A stretch of DNA of 64,000 bases from Vicinamibacteria bacterium (GTDB lineage Bacteria; Acidobacteriota; Vicinamibacteria; Marinacidobacterales; Marinacidobacteraceae): positions 1,824,001 to 1,888,000 of the forward strand of contig CAXXLQ010000004.1 of the NCBI GenBank assembly GCA_963668695.2, given 5' to 3'. Shown here in pieces: positions 1-12,274 of the stretch. The position numbers and the translations under genes are program-made. The notes below the pieces were generated by a model. That model was not told the origin of the DNA. It was given only the letters and a program-made list of their open reading frames with translations, and made no database searches. Positions within the stretch are counted from its first letter, which is position 1, and every line of letters starts with the position of its first letter.

Positions 1-672
1 GTGGCGTGGAGCGCGGATTTCGGCGGTGTCCCCTTCGACCCGCGCGTCCCGGCGGCGCTCGCCCCGGCGCGCAGCGCCCTCGAAGCGATTGGCTGCGCGG
101 TGGAGGATGCCGACCCGGACCTGAGCGGCGCCGCCGAGGCGTTCGACCGCTGGCGGGCGTGGTACTTCGAACTGAACTGGGGTCCGCTACTCGACCGCCA
201 CCGGGACGAAATGAAGGACACGGTGATCTGGAACATCGAGCAGGGCAGGGGGCTCAGCGCCTCGGCGCTGGCCGAGGCCTCCCGCCGCTGGACGGCGCTG
301 CTCCGGCGGGTGCGCGCTTTCTTCGAGCGCTACGAGTTCTTCGTGCTGCCGGTGTCGCAGGTCCCGCCGTTCGACGTCACGGTCCCGTATCCCACCGAAG
401 TCGCCGGGGTGCCGATGAAGACCTATACCGAGTGGATGGCGTCCTGCGCCTGGGTCTCACTTTTCGGCGCTCCCGCGGTCTCGGTTCCGGTCGGCGCCAC
501 CCCCGAAGGGCTCCCGGTCGGCCTCCAGGTCGTCGGCCGCCCCCGCGACGACTTCGGCGTCCTGCAGCTCGCGCACGCCCTGGAGCAGGAGCCTCGGGTC
601 GTCGCAGTGGCGGCCTCCGCGCGTCTCCGGCATCCTTCCGGCAGCAAATCCTCGGGGAGGACCGGCGCATGA
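1..672 (+). CDS. Amidase-signature family protein, C-terminal part (5' truncated by window edge)
   Basis: C-terminal amidase motifs 'PAVSVPVG..GLPVGLQVVGRP.DD..VLQLA'; stop overlaps next ATG (ATGA). Confidence 0.85.
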   Translation: MAWSADFGGVPFDPRVPAALAPARSALEAIGCAVEDADPDLSGAAEAFDRWRAWYFELNWGPLLDRHRDEMKDTVIWNIEQGRGLSASALAEASRRWTALLRRVRAFFERYEFFVLPVSQVPPFDVTVPYPTEVAGVPMKTYTEWMASCAWVSLFGAPAVSVPVGATPEGLPVGLQVVGRPRDDFGVLQLAHALEQEPRVVAVAASARLRHPSGSKSSGRTGA

Positions 673-1745
673 CGTATCGGAATTTCAATCGGCTGGCTCC
701 GGCCGCACTCTTTGCCTTCACTGCCTGCGGCGCCCCGCCGCCCGCGGAGGATCCGGCGCCGCCCGGCGCCATGGCCCACGAAGGCGCGGCCTTCGAGATC
801 ACCGAGGTGCGCCCCGGGATCTGGCACGCGGTCGGCACCGGAGCCATGAACGTGGGAGCGAACGCCGCGATCGTGGACCTCGGCGAATCGCTGTTGCTGG
901 TGGATTCCCACATCACTCCGGCGGCGGCGTGGGTGCTGCTCGAGGAGCTTTCGCCGCTGACCCCGAAGCCGGTGCGTTACGTGGTGAACACCCATTTCCA
1001 CTTCGACCACATCCACGGGAACCAGGTCTTCGGGGACGACGTGGAGATCCTCGGTCACGAGACCACCTACGACGTGGTCGCCAGCGGCGGTTCGGTATCC
1101 GGGACCGCCTGGAACGCATTCGTCGGCACCATTCCGGAGCAGATCGCGACGCTCGAGAGCCGGCTGGAGGCGGCGGCGGAGGCCGACCGCGTCGAGATCG
1201 CCGACGCCCTGGCGAGGACCCGGGCGTATCAGGAAGCTCTCGAAAGCATCACCCCGGTGGCGCCCACCATCACCCTCGACCGCCGGATGACTCTCCACCG
1301 GGGCGGCCAGGAGATCCAGCTCCTCTTCATGGGGTACGGGCACACCGCGGGGGACGTGGTGGTGTTCATGCCCGAGCAGAAGGTGCTGATGACCGGCGAT
1401 CTGATCCCCGCCGGGCTGCCCTTCATGGGGGATGGATATCCGGAGTGGGGCGAGACGATTCGGGCCTTCGCCGAACTGGACTTCGATCTGGTGCTCCCCG
1501 GCCATGGCCCGCCCTTCGAGGACAAGGCGAAGCTCGAGTACCTGGCCGCCTATCTGGATGACTTCTGGGCGCAGGCGGAAGCGGCCCACGGGGAAGGGGT
1601 CCCGGCCGCGGACGCCGCCGCCCGCATGGACCTCACCGCCCACGCGGAGCACTTCCCGTCCATGAGCGGACCGGGCGCACCCCAGATCGCCGTGGAACGC
1701 GCCTACCGCCTCTTCGACGCTCGCGCCCTCAACCCCGCTCCCTAG
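669..1745 (+). CDS. Metallo-beta-lactamase-fold hydrolase, probable lipoprotein
   Basis: HxHxDH motif (THFHFDHIHGN), GHT.GD, GDL and PGHG motifs; lipobox-like LFAFTAC; ATG at 669 coupled to upstream stop. Confidence 0.85.
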   Translation: MTYRNFNRLAPAALFAFTACGAPPPAEDPAPPGAMAHEGAAFEITEVRPGIWHAVGTGAMNVGANAAIVDLGESLLLVDSHITPAAAWVLLEELSPLTPKPVRYVVNTHFHFDHIHGNQVFGDDVEILGHETTYDVVASGGSVSGTAWNAFVGTIPEQIATLESRLEAAAEADRVEIADALARTRAYQEALESITPVAPTITLDRRMTLHRGGQEIQLLFMGYGHTAGDVVVFMPEQKVLMTGDLIPAGLPFMGDGYPEWGETIRAFAELDFDLVLPGHGPPFEDKAKLEYLAAYLDDFWAQAEAAHGEGVPAADAAARMDLTAHAEHFPSMSGPGAPQIAVERAYRLFDARALNPAP

Positions 1746-1749
1746 CTAG

Positions 1750-1868
1750 CCCGGCATCGCGGCCGCAGGCCGCGAAACTCTCATCGCCGAGCGCGCAGAA
1801 GCGCGGGGACGGCTTGGAACGCCGGTGTTCACACCGGCATCGCGGCCCGGAAGGCCGCGAAACTCCCA
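1750..1868 (+). repeat. REP-like palindrome cluster (GGAACGCCGGT..CA.ACCGGC plus GCGGCC..GGCCGCGAAACTC hairpins)
   Basis: Two TCGCGGCC-GGCCGCGAAACTC hairpins flank one GCCGGTGTTCACACCGGC hairpin (1816-1838); similar to 15662-15770. Confidence 0.75.
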
Positions 1869-1965
1869 GCGCCAATCTGCCTGGATCGCGCGCCAGCACG
1901 GGAACCCCCGCCGGAGAAACGCTCGAGATCCAGACCGCCTGCAGCCCGCGGTTGGCCCGAGCTAG

Positions 1966-3539
1966 GAGTCTGCGCCGCAGGAAGTTCTTGCGGCTGAGTG
2001 GTTGAGGGATTGTCAAGTTGTAGGAGGTCTGTTCTGGTACGGGTAGGAGGTTGAGGATGCCGACGAGATTTCGTGCGTATCAGCCGGATCAGATTCTGCT
2101 GATGCCGCCGAAGGTGAGGGACTGGGTTCCGGAGGGGCACTTGGCGCACCAAGTGAGCGATGTGGTGGATTCGCTGGATCTTTCGGCGTTTTACGCTCCC
2201 TATGAGGGGGACGGTCGTCGGAACGCGCCGTATTCGCCGACGATGATGGTGAAGGTGTTGATCTACGGGTATGCGACAGGGGTTTTCTCGTCGCGGGGGA
2301 TAGCGCGGAAGCTGGAAGAGGACGTGGCGTTTCGGATGCTGGCGGCGGGGAACTTTCCCAAGCACCGGACGATCTGCGAGTTCCGGCATCGTCATCTGTC
2401 GGACTTCCGGGCGATGTTTTTGGAGGTGGTTCGGGTGTCGCGGGAGATGGGGCTGGTTCGCTTCGGGACACTCTCGATCGACGGGACGAAGGTGCGTGCG
2501 AACGCGAGCAAGCGGAAGGCGATGAGCTACGACCGGATGTTGCAGGAGGAGGCGCGCTTGGAGGAGGAGATCGCGGGGTTGTTGTCGGCGGCGACGCAGA
2601 CGGATGAGGAGGAGGATCGACGCTTCGGGAAGGGGGATCGGGGGGACGAACTGCCGGAGGAGTTGCGGCGTCGGGAGCAGCGTCTGTTGGCGATACGGGA
2701 GGCGAAGGAGCGTCTGGAAGCGGCGCAGCGGCGGGCCGATGACGACCGGGGGCGGACGCCGGGCTCGGGTCGTTCTTCGGGGGGCAGGAAGCCTTACAAG
2801 CGGAGCTACGGCGAGCCGGACGCGAAGGCGCAGAGCAACTTCACGGATCCGGAGAGCCGGATCATGAAGACGAGCGCGGAGGGGTTCCAGCAGTGCTACA
2901 ACGCCCAGACGGTGGTGGACGACGCGAAGCAGATGGTGGTGGCGACGGCGGTCGGATCGGGAGCGAGCGACCAGGGGCAGATGCTTCCTTTGCTGGACGC
3001 GGTGGCGGCGGGCTTCGGCGCGACGCCGGAGGAGGTGCTGGCGGATGCGGGCTACTGCAGCGAGGGGGACCTCTTGGCACTTGAGGAGCGGGGCATTGCG
3101 GGGTATGTGGCGCTGGGGCGCGAGGGGAAGGAGCGGGCTGCGGTGGATCCGGCGAGACGGCCGGCGACGCATCGGATGGGGCAAAAACTGATGACGCCGG
3201 CGGGCCGGACTCGTTACGCGCGGCGCAAGTGGCTTTCGGAGGCGCCGAACGGCTGGATCAAGGAGGTGCTTGGTTTTCGTCGTTTCAGCTTCCGAGGTCT
3301 GGAGAAAGTGCAGGCGGAGTGGGACCTGGTCTGCCTGGCGCTAAACATCCGACGGATGGGCGCCTTGGCAGCCTGCTGATGGAAGCCCCGAAGACCCGTT
3401 GCGGAGGACGCCGCCGGGAGATGCACCTAGGTAGCGCGCGAAAGCGACCGCTTGAGCCGAAATCACCTCCCATTTCGGTCGGATGTCCGCCAACCAACGC
3501 CGCCCGTACTCCGCGCGAAAACTCCTGCGGCCCAGGCTG
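1966..3539 (+). mobile_element. IS1182-family insertion sequence with imperfect TIRs and CTAG target duplication
   Basis: CTAG at 1962-1965 and 3540-3543; left end GAGTCTGCGCCGCAGGA vs reverse complement of right end CAGCCTGGGCCGCAGGA (14/17). Confidence 0.85.
2057..3379 (+). CDS. IS1182-family DDE transposase
   Basis: N-terminal 'YGYATGVFSSRGIARKLEEDVAFRML..P.HRTI.EFR', 'IDGTKVRANAS', 'TDPESRIMK', 'LADAGY', 'R...E..GWIK..LGFRRF..RG' typical of IS1182. Confidence 0.93.
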   Translation: MPTRFRAYQPDQILLMPPKVRDWVPEGHLAHQVSDVVDSLDLSAFYAPYEGDGRRNAPYSPTMMVKVLIYGYATGVFSSRGIARKLEEDVAFRMLAAGNFPKHRTICEFRHRHLSDFRAMFLEVVRVSREMGLVRFGTLSIDGTKVRANASKRKAMSYDRMLQEEARLEEEIAGLLSAATQTDEEEDRRFGKGDRGDELPEELRRREQRLLAIREAKERLEAAQRRADDDRGRTPGSGRSSGGRKPYKRSYGEPDAKAQSNFTDPESRIMKTSAEGFQQCYNAQTVVDDAKQMVVATAVGSGASDQGQMLPLLDAVAAGFGATPEEVLADAGYCSEGDLLALEERGIAGYVALGREGKERAAVDPARRPATHRMGQKLMTPAGRTRYARRKWLSEAPNGWIKEVLGFRRFSFRGLEKVQAEWDLVCLALNIRRMGALAAC

Positions 3540-4232
3540 CTAGGGCGCAGCGAATCCCGCGTCGCGGTGCGAGCCGTCGCAGAAGGGCTTGTCCTTCGAA
3601 CATCCGCACCGGCAGAGTGCTCCCCGGTCGAGCGTGACCCTCGCGCCCCCGCGACCGGCGATGGTGAGGGGGCCGCGGAAGAGCAGCGGTCCGTTCGGCT
3701 GGGGGGTGAACCGCACCGGAGCCATCTCGTCGCTGACCGGCGGCGTCGCCCCGGCGCGGGGCGAGACCTCGGCCCCGCAGCGGAATCCGACGCGCGCGTG
3801 CGACTGGTCGCAGAGGGGCTTGTTCTCCGAAGCCCCGCACCGGCAGAAACCGACCCGCGTGTCCCGCAGGATCTCGGCGCCCGGCGTCTCTTCGATTTCG
3901 AGGTTGCCGCGCGCGTAGAGCGGCCCATCCGGCACGACGGAGAGCGAGTTCTTGTTTCGCGGCGTTTCGGGAAGGATGGTCGCGGCCGCTTCGGCGCCCG
4001 GCGCTACTCGTTCGTCCGTGGCCGCCGCCATGCGGAGCGCCCCGGTAGGACAGCCCAGCACGACTCTTTCGAGCCGTTTCGGATCGCCCTCGTCCGGCAG
4101 GATCCAGGGGCGGCGCGAGACATCGAATACCTGAGGCAGCCCCCGGACGCAAACCTCCGCGTGGATGCAGCGGTGCGTGTCGAAGGTGACCGAGGCCTCG
4201 TTGCCCCGGTAGTGGCGAACCCGACTCTTCAT
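3540..4232 (-). CDS. Fe-S protein: divergent 4Fe-4S mono-cluster domain plus two CDGSH domains
   Basis: 'RCIHAEVCVRGLPQVFD..RRPWI...CPTGAL' followed by 'CRCGASENKPLCDQSH' and 'CRCGCSKDKPFCDGSH'. Confidence 0.9.
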   Translation of the reverse strand: MKSRVRHYRGNEASVTFDTHRCIHAEVCVRGLPQVFDVSRRPWILPDEGDPKRLERVVLGCPTGALRMAAATDERVAPGAEAAATILPETPRNKNSLSVVPDGPLYARGNLEIEETPGAEILRDTRVGFCRCGASENKPLCDQSHARVGFRCGAEVSPRAGATPPVSDEMAPVRFTPQPNGPLLFRGPLTIAGRGGARVTLDRGALCRCGCSKDKPFCDGSHRDAGFAAP

Positions 4233-4247
4233 TTCTGGAACTCTAGG

Positions 4248-4916
4248 TCAGCCCTTCGCCCGCTCCGCCCTCAGCGCGTGGATGTGCTCGTACATGTACC
4301 AAACGCCGATGCTCCGGAACGGCCGCCAACCGTCGCTGATCCGCTCGTACTCCTCGGCCCCCGCGTCGTCCGCCAGCCCGTAGAGATCCCGCATCGCCGC
4401 GAGCACCGCGGCGTCCCCCGGCGCGAAGACGTCCGGCCGGTTCTGGGTGAAGATGAGGTGCATGTCGGCGGTCCAGTTGCCGATCCCCTTCACCGCGGTG
4501 AGCGCCGCGCGGACGCCGTCATCCTCCATGGACTCCAGGGCCGCGAGGTCCAGCTCCCCGCTCTCCACCCGCGACGCCAGATTGCGCAGGTAGGCAATCT
4601 TCTGCCGCGATAGCCCCACCCGTCGGAGCGTCGCCTCCCGCCGCCGGAGGATGTCCCGCGGCTCGGGAGCCTCGTCCCGGGTGAGCGCCCAGAGCCGTTT
4701 GTGGATCGTCCGGGCCGCCGCCGCCGAGATCTGCTGCGCCACGATCGCGCCCACCAGGGTCCCGAACGAGTTCGGGCGGGGGGCGAGCGTGCAGGGCCCG
4801 ATCCGGCGGATCAGCGCGCCGAGAACCGGGTCGCGCCGCGACAGTTGGCTGGTCGCCTCGGACCAGTCCGGCTGGCTGTCAGCCGAGGAGCTCCACGGTC
4901 CCTCATCCGGCGTCAT
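4248..4916 (-). CDS. alkA: DNA-3-methyladenine glycosylase II (AlkA, HhH-GPD family)
   Basis: 'AIVAQQIS..AA', 'GLSRQK..Y', HhH 'LTAVKGIGNWTA', 'PDVFAPGD', 'WRPFRS'. Confidence 0.88.
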   Translation of the reverse strand: MTPDEGPWSSSADSQPDWSEATSQLSRRDPVLGALIRRIGPCTLAPRPNSFGTLVGAIVAQQISAAAARTIHKRLWALTRDEAPEPRDILRRREATLRRVGLSRQKIAYLRNLASRVESGELDLAALESMEDDGVRAALTAVKGIGNWTADMHLIFTQNRPDVFAPGDAAVLAAMRDLYGLADDAGAEEYERISDGWRPFRSIGVWYMYEHIHALRAERAKG

Positions 4917-4960
4917 GGGCGGCGAAGTCTAAGGGTGGGGCAGTGCAATACTGCGGAACC

Positions 4961-6079
4961 ATGCGCCTCCGCTGGACCGAGATCCTCTGGAACGGGATCC
5001 TCCTGACCATCGTCGCGGCGGCACTACTGGCCACGCCGGCAGACGGCTACCGGTTCTTCGCGCGCCACGGCGGGCTCCACCGGATTGCGTCGGTGGCCGG
5101 CGCGATCCGCTGGGACGCCTCGGCGTTTCCGCTGCGGTTCCGGCTCCTCGAAAACGGCAACCTGCCGGACTTCGAGGGTCTCGACGCCGCGCTCTGGCGC
5201 GAGAGCGTGGAACGCGGCCTCCGCGCCTGGGCCGAAATCGGGACGGCCGACCTGGAACTGGTCCTGGATGAAGAAACGGTCGCCGACGACCAGGGCCGGG
5301 CGGGCGATGCGATCAACACCATCGGGTTTTCTTCGGCGGAGCGCGTCGCGGGCGGGCCCTTCGCCACCGCCGATGTGCAGTACACCGGAGGACGGGTGAC
5401 CGGCTGCGACGTTCACTTCAGTCCGGGATATCTCGATGGGTGGCCCGACGACGACGCGGCCGCGCGTGCGCAGGCGGCGGACCATCTGGCCCGGACCGTG
5501 ATGCACGAGGTGGGGCACTGCCTCGGGCTCGCCCACAGCGCGATGAATCCCACCTGGCTCGCCCGCCCCGAAACGATGGAACACCCCGAGGGGGATTTCC
5601 CGGAAGGCGTCACGAGCCTTCAGCCCCACCCGCGCATGTCCTACGGCACGATCCGCACGGTCACCCTGGAGCCCGATGACGCGGTCGGGGCGTCGCTCCT
5701 CTACCCGGCGCCGGGCTTTCTCGATTCCCGGGGGTCGCTCACCGGCCGGGTGGTGCTCGCGAGCGGCGAACCGGCTCCGTTCGTGTACGTGACGAGTGTC
5801 ATGTACACCGCCGACGGCGCGTTGTTCGGCCCGGGGGCGTTCACCGACTCCTGGGGGCAGTTCCTCCTCGAGGGTCTGGAGCCCGGCTTCCGCCACTTCT
5901 GGATCCGCCCGCTGCACCAACTGCTCGCCCACTCGTTCATCGGCGAGGCGGCGGGCGCCGGCACCCTCGAACTCCAGCACGAGCAGCGCTGGTTCGAGAT
6001 TCGTGCTGGAGAAACCACCCGGGCGCCGGACATCACGGTCCACCCCGCCCGCGACCGACGACGGGAGACGAGTCCGTGA
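4961..6079 (+). CDS. Secreted matrixin-like (metzincin) zinc metalloprotease with C-terminal beta-sandwich
   Basis: Signal peptide; HEVGHCLGLAH; Met-turn 'PRMSYG' and 'LEPDD.VG...LYP'. Confidence 0.8.
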   Translation: MRLRWTEILWNGILLTIVAAALLATPADGYRFFARHGGLHRIASVAGAIRWDASAFPLRFRLLENGNLPDFEGLDAALWRESVERGLRAWAEIGTADLELVLDEETVADDQGRAGDAINTIGFSSAERVAGGPFATADVQYTGGRVTGCDVHFSPGYLDGWPDDDAAARAQAADHLARTVMHEVGHCLGLAHSAMNPTWLARPETMEHPEGDFPEGVTSLQPHPRMSYGTIRTVTLEPDDAVGASLLYPAPGFLDSRGSLTGRVVLASGEPAPFVYVTSVMYTADGALFGPGAFTDSWGQFLLEGLEPGFRHFWIRPLHQLLAHSFIGEAAGAGTLELQHEQRWFEIRAGETTRAPDITVHPARDRRRETSP

Positions 6080-6989
6080 AGCGGCTCGTCGCGGGGCTCC
6101 TCCTCGCGTTCCTCGCCCTTGCCGGATGCGGTGACGATGCGGTGGTCACTCCTACCCCGCTCCCCCCGCCACCGCCTCCGCCCGGACCGTCGCCCCCGCC
6201 GCAGCCGGATCCCGACGCCATTCCGGTCGGTTTCGGCGGCGTGCTGCCCGCGCCGGGAACGGCGCTGACCCTCCACCCGGGGACCGAGTTCCTGATTCCG
6301 GTGATGGCGGACGCCGATCTGAGCGACTACGTGCGGCGTTCCGGCTGGACCGGCATTCCGGTACGGGTCGTGACCGACGCGCCGGCGGATGTCCTTTCCG
6401 TCTCCGGCGAGGTATCGGCCCAGGGCTGGGAGGACCCCGCGCTGCTGGCGATCCGGGCGCTGGAACCTGTGGAACCGGCCGGCTTCGACGAGACCTATGA
6501 GGTCCGCCTCGAACCTCCGCCGGAGGGCTTTCCCGAGCTGTTCGGGCTGTCCTTCCGGCTGGAAGCGGAACCCGTCCAGGTCCGGATCGCGGACCCGGGG
6601 CCGGACGGAGGTGGACTGCGACGGTCTTTCCCTCGCGGTTACGGGGGCCGTTCGCCGCGGCGATGGGGGTGCGGTCGGTGTCTCGTGGTTCGGGGACATC
6701 GGCAGCGACTACCGATCCGCCGACTTGACCCTGCGCTCTCCCATCGCAGGGGCCGAACTCCGCCTCGTGTCGGACTACCAGCCACTCCCGTACCGCGACT
6801 TCGGGGATGCCTACAACCTGTTCCCGGTCATGTTCGCCTTCGACCTCGATCTCGAGGAGACCCCGGCCGGTTTCGAGCAGACCCTCTCCGTCGCCTGGTT
6901 CGACGAGCTGCAAGCTGCGCGCCGCAGCTCCGGGCTGCGCCCCGATCGAGCTCCAATGCACCGCCCGCGGCCGCTGCCGAACGCGCTGA
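6076..6989 (+). pseudogene. Pro-linker lipoprotein, hypothetical; apparent frameshifts near 6600 and 6913
   Basis: Lipobox LAGC plus poly-Pro; protein-like sequence continues in the 6389-ORF frame (VDCDGLSL...WFDELQ), then in a third frame to the stop at 6989. Confidence 0.55.
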
Positions 6990-7002
6990 GGGGTGCCGTG
7001 CA

Positions 7003-7025
7003 GGGAACGCCGGTCTTCAGACCGG
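7003..7025 (+). repeat. REP-like palindrome
   Basis: GGGAACGCCGGTCTTCAGACCGG, same family as 1816 and 15662. Confidence 0.7.
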
Positions 7026-7270
7026 GATTTGTCGCCCGACAGGGCGACAAATCCCGCGCACTACGATTGCCGTCGGTAACGCCTTACGGCGGGTGGCGAC
7101 TGATTTCCGGCAATTGCGCAGCCGCGATAGCTGTCTCCTTGAAGTTGCGCTACAGGACCTAATAGACTGCTTTAAGTCTAGGTCTTCAACTCTAGTCTAA
7201 TCCTATGTTTTACACTTCATTACGGCTTGGATCGGCAGTCGCGTCCACTCGGTGCCTCCTCTCTTAGGTC

Positions 7271-7998
7271 ATGGCCACCACCACCGAAATCGAGTGGACC
7301 GACTCGACATGGAACCCGGTCACGGGTTGTACCCAGGTCGGCCCTGGATGCGACAACTGCTACGCGCTCAGGTTTGCGGAGCGGTGGCGCGGAATCGCCG
7401 ATCATCCCTACGAGCAGGGGTTCGACTTACGGCTCTGGCCATCACGACTGACCCACCCGCTGGGGTGGCGGCGGCCAAAGAGAATCTTCGTCAACTCGAT
7501 GAGCGATCTGTTTCACAAGAACGTGCCGGGAGAGTTCGTCGATGCCATCTTCGAAGTCATGGAAAAGGCCGACTGGCACACCTACCAGATTCTCACCAAG
7601 CGGAGCTCGCTCATGCGGAACTATGTTCGGCAGAGATATGCCTCGGACACTGTGCCTAGTCACATTTGGCCCGGTGTGTCGGTCGAGGATGCGGCGCACA
7701 AGGTCCGAATTGAGCACCTGCAGCAGATCAATTCGCCTGCGCGCTTTGTTTTTCCTTCGAACCACTGTTAGGCCCTATTGGTTCAGTGAATCTCTCTGGG
7801 ATTGCATGGGCTATCGTGGGCGGTGAGAGCGGGCCTGGTGCTCGGCGGATGGACGAGAACTGGGCTACCGAACTGCGGGACAGGTGTCAGGAGGAGAAGG
7901 TGGCCTTCTTCTTCAAGCAGTGGGGGGGCGTAAGGCCCAAATCAGGGGGCCGCCTCCTAGTTGGCGAAGAATGGAACGAATTCCCCGACATGTCATAG
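7271..7998 (+). pseudogene. DUF5131 (phage Gp37/Gp68-like, three-Cys motif) protein, frameshifted near 7750
   Basis: 'IEWTDSTWNPVTGCTQVGPGCDNCYA', 'FVNSMSDLFH', 'QILTKR'; 'FEPLLGPI...WAIVGGESGPGAR..FFFKQWGG' continues in another frame after the T-run at about 7749-7753. Confidence 0.85.
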
Positions 7999-8029
7999 AT
8001 CGTCGCAGCACCAAGTACAGCTCATCGCA

Positions 8030-9178
8030 ATGACGGCCGCCCCTGGACAGTACCTCGGCAAAGAACAGTCCTATATCAAACACTGTTTCTTGACTAGGTA
8101 CCTCAAGATCGCAGCCTACAAGATTCTCCAGGGCCGTTCTCGTATCTTCAATTATGTGGACGCTTTCGCGGGCCCTTGGCGGACCGCCGATAAAGATGAT
8201 TACTCTGATGCATCGTTTCATCAGGCGGTACAGACCCTCGAGTCCGTGAGGGCGGACTTAGGCATCAGAGGCTTGGAAGGTCTACGAGTCCGCTCCTTCT
8301 TCTGTGAGAAGCGTCCGGACGCGGCTCGCGTGCTTCAGGGGTACGCCAAGCGGCACAGGAGACTCAATATTCACGTCTTCCAAGGGTCCTATGAGGACCA
8401 CCTTCAACAGATTGAAGAGGCCTGTTCCGATGGATTCACGTTCACGTTTATTGATCCGACTGGCTGGAATATCGATTCAGGTGCCATTCTCAATCATTTG
8501 GCCCGACTGAAAGGTGAGTACTTGCTCAACTTCATGGCTGAGGACATCAACCGCTACGCAGAGTACTCTGCTGTCACCGCATCATTTGGACGGTTTCTAG
8601 CAGATCCAGACTGGCAGAGTGACTACGAACGACTCCCGTCAGACTGGACCAACGAGGCGAATAATGTTCCTGCTGCAGCGAAGGATGAAGGAGACGGAAG
8701 CCGCCACTTACCTTCCAGCAATCACCATCAAGAGACCAAGAATGAACCGCATCAAGATGCGCCTGATGCTTGGTACTCACTCAACGTTCGGTGTCGATGT
8801 GTTCCGCGATGTGCAATTTCGTTGAAAAGGAGGAAATGGCGATTCGAACATCGCTTGCGACAGGAGAGGGCCGAGCGGCCACGTCTCTTCCACGGATGTG
8901 TATCTGGCCGAAGTGCAGCAGGAGCTGCGGGGTGTAGGGTGTCCGCCTCAGACGACTGCCAGTAGGGTGATGACATGGCGGCTTGGTGAGTGCAAAGACA
9001 TGTCCTTTCGTGATTAGCCGTGCGTACACTCGAGGCTGTTCCTATTCGAAAAACGCAGATCAAGACCGCTATTGCTCGCGAGCTGAAAGTGCAGCGGGTA
9101 GTAGATTTCGATCTACCCGAGAGGAAGAGAGTTCCGCAGGAGGATACGCGCATTAGATTGAGTGATCGCGACACGTAG
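8030..9178 (+). pseudogene. tcmP: Three-Cys-motif partner protein TcmP-like (methyltransferase-like fold), several frameshifts
   Basis: 'KH..L..YL', 'YVDAFAGP', 'FIDPTGW', 'EYLLNFM'; frames switch near 8660 and 8820; adjacent to DUF5131 as expected for this family. Confidence 0.75.
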
Positions 9179-9335
9179 GCCCTATCAGTTTCCTCACCGG
9201 AGACGGCGGTCGTCGGGCCGCAGCCTGGTTGTGGGGACGAAATGAAGGTCGTGGCGCTGCAGTACACCGGCGAGAACTGGAAAAATTGGCGTCTCACTCC
9301 GTCGTAGACTCGGCGGCCCGACCCGGAGATGGTGC

Positions 9336-9386
9336 GAGTTTCGCGGCCCTCCGGGCCGCGATGCCGGTCTGAAGACCGGCGGTCCC
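9336..9386 (-). repeat. REP-like palindrome pair (inverted relative to the 7003 copy)
   Basis: GAGTTTCGCGGCC..GGCCGCGATGCCGGTCTGAAGACCGGCGGTCCC is the reverse complement of the 1816/15662 unit. Confidence 0.75.
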
Positions 9387-9458
9387 TAGCCAACCCGCCG
9401 CCCGGCCCGGTCGGAGTTCCGGCCCCACTTTCCCCCCTTCTCGGATCGCCCACCTCCG

Positions 9459-9490
9459 TGCTAGAATATGCGACCTAATTAGTCGGATTT
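9459..9490 (+). promoter_or_regulatory. Extended -10 promoter overlapping an Rrf2/IscR-type operator
   Basis: TGcTAGAAT at 9459-9467; ATATGCGACCTAATTAGTCGGATTT resembles the IscR type-1 GACT-N5-AGTC box, upstream of the rrf2 gene. Confidence 0.6.
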
Positions 9491-9581
9491 AGGCTGCCTG
9501 TTTGACCTCACGGTCTGATCCTTCCGGGCGTCAGCCCGTGGCGGAGCGAGCCCGCCGGCGCCGATCCGACCCCCCAACACC

Positions 9582-10037
9582 ATGATCCGACTCTCCAAGA
9601 GCACCGACTACGCCCTGATGGCGTTGGCCGATCTCGCCCTTTTGCCTGGGCGAGAGACCCTGAGCGCCCGGCGCGTCGCCGAAAGCCACAACCTGCCGCC
9701 GGAACTCGCCGCCAAGGTGCTCCAGGGGCTCAAGAAGAGCGGCATCGTGGAGACGCGGCAGGGAATCCACGGCGGCTACCGGCTCGCGCGTCCGCCTGAA
9801 CAGATTCGGATCACCGAGGTGATCGAGTCCATCGAGGGGCCGCTGGCGCTCGTCGAGTGCATCCTTGATGACAACACCTGCATCCTCACCCCCACCTGCT
9901 CGGTGCGCACCCCGCTGACCCGGGTTCACGAGCGGGTGCTCGCCACCCTCGCCGAACTGACCCTCGTGCAAATCCTTGCCGACTCCGACCTTTCCGGCCC
10001 GCGCGCCAGCGGGCCGGAACTCTCCGTCCTCCAGTAG
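9582..10037 (+). CDS. Rrf2-family SUF system transcriptional regulator
   Basis: '[10 protein letters not shown]', '[11 protein letters not shown]...VIESIEGP', three C-terminal Cys. Confidence 0.92.
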   Translation: MIRLSKSTDYALMALADLALLPGRETLSARRVAESHNLPPELAAKVLQGLKKSGIVETRQGIHGGYRLARPPEQIRITEVIESIEGPLALVECILDDNTCILTPTCSVRTPLTRVHERVLATLAELTLVQILADSDLSGPRASGPELSVLQ

Positions 10038-10048
10038 GAAACCAATCC

Positions 10049-12270
<2,222 letters not shown>

Positions 12271-12274
12271 GGTC

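Noticed and set aside
7740-7775. Programmed ribosomal frameshift in DUF5131
   Set aside because: No canonical slippery heptamer with downstream structure, and neighbouring genes are also broken; a homopolymer indel is simpler.
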